Origin: Acidobacteriota bacterium
GTDB lineage: Bacteria; Acidobacteriota; Blastocatellia; Pyrinomonadales; Pyrinomonadaceae
Length of the DNA stretch: 64,000 bases
Assembly: GCA_046726155.1 (NCBI GenBank)
Contig: JBKOZZ010000025.1
Coordinates: forward strand, 8,167-72,166
Direction: 5' to 3'
This document shows, piece after piece, positions 63,968 to 64,000 of the stretch. The first letter of the stretch is position 1, and each line of letters opens with the position of its first letter. The position numbers and the translations under genes are program-made. The notes below the pieces were generated by a model that was not told the DNA's origin, did not search any database, and saw only the letters and a program-made list of their open reading frames with translations.

Positions 63968-64000
63968 GCCTTTAGAAGCTTGGCTGTTAGAAGATTAACT

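Overview
This is a 64-kb chromosomal segment of about 53% GC. Gene content suggests an Acidobacteriota-like organism: many Ser/Thr kinases with Zn-ribbon N-termini, a TIGR02999-type ECF sigma, futalosine menaquinone genes and weak or absent Shine-Dalgarno sites. That taxonomic call is inference only. I support about 55 protein-coding genes and found no rRNA, tRNA or CRISPR array.

Layout:
- 1-12.4 kb: a minus-strand copper/silver homeostasis island. It holds a partial CusA RND pump, a P1B ATPase with YHS and CPxHP metal-binding domains, a Met-repeat outer-membrane protein, a cytochrome c, a truncated multicopper oxidase and many small uncharacterised secreted Met/His/Cys/Asn-rich proteins.
- 13-19 kb: a TlpA-like thioredoxin, a Zn-ribbon membrane protein, a TPR protein and a Ser/Thr kinase fused to an FGE-sulfatase domain.
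- 19-27.7 kb: housekeeping genes leuS, nfo, an M19 dipeptidase, ilvE and pilT.
- 27.7-31.5 kb: an ECF sigma, a Ser/Thr kinase whose ectodomain looks like a lytic transglycosylase, and a divergent secreted paralogue of that ectodomain preceded by two tandem ECF-promoter-like repeats.
- 31.5-33 kb: an orphan 516-aa protein with a NucS/DUF91-like PD-(D/E)xK C-terminus.
- 33-42 kb: thiolase, PpiD, TerC, and a FecR-like protein followed by a GAF-GGDEF protein.
- 42-51.7 kb: mreBCD-mrdA-rodA, then an ~800-nt non-coding leader and an RNase E/G gene whose S1 domain is split by a ~430-aa low-complexity insert.
- 51.8-64 kb: hydrolases, mqnC/mqnA, a cyclase, an ATL-YbjQ-PaaI operon, a second GAF-GGDEF protein and a heterodimeric ABC exporter interrupted by a small membrane protein.

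Intergenic DNA carries several repeat families visible by eye:
- a MITE-like element present twice with target-site-duplication-like flanks, one copy carrying a nested second element;
- a REPIN-like GC-rich doublet present twice;
- a short ACGCAAACT/AGTTTGCGT palindrome family;
- imperfect hairpins built from octamer-like units that abut start codons.

All functional calls rest on motifs I recognise in the translations. No database search was run.
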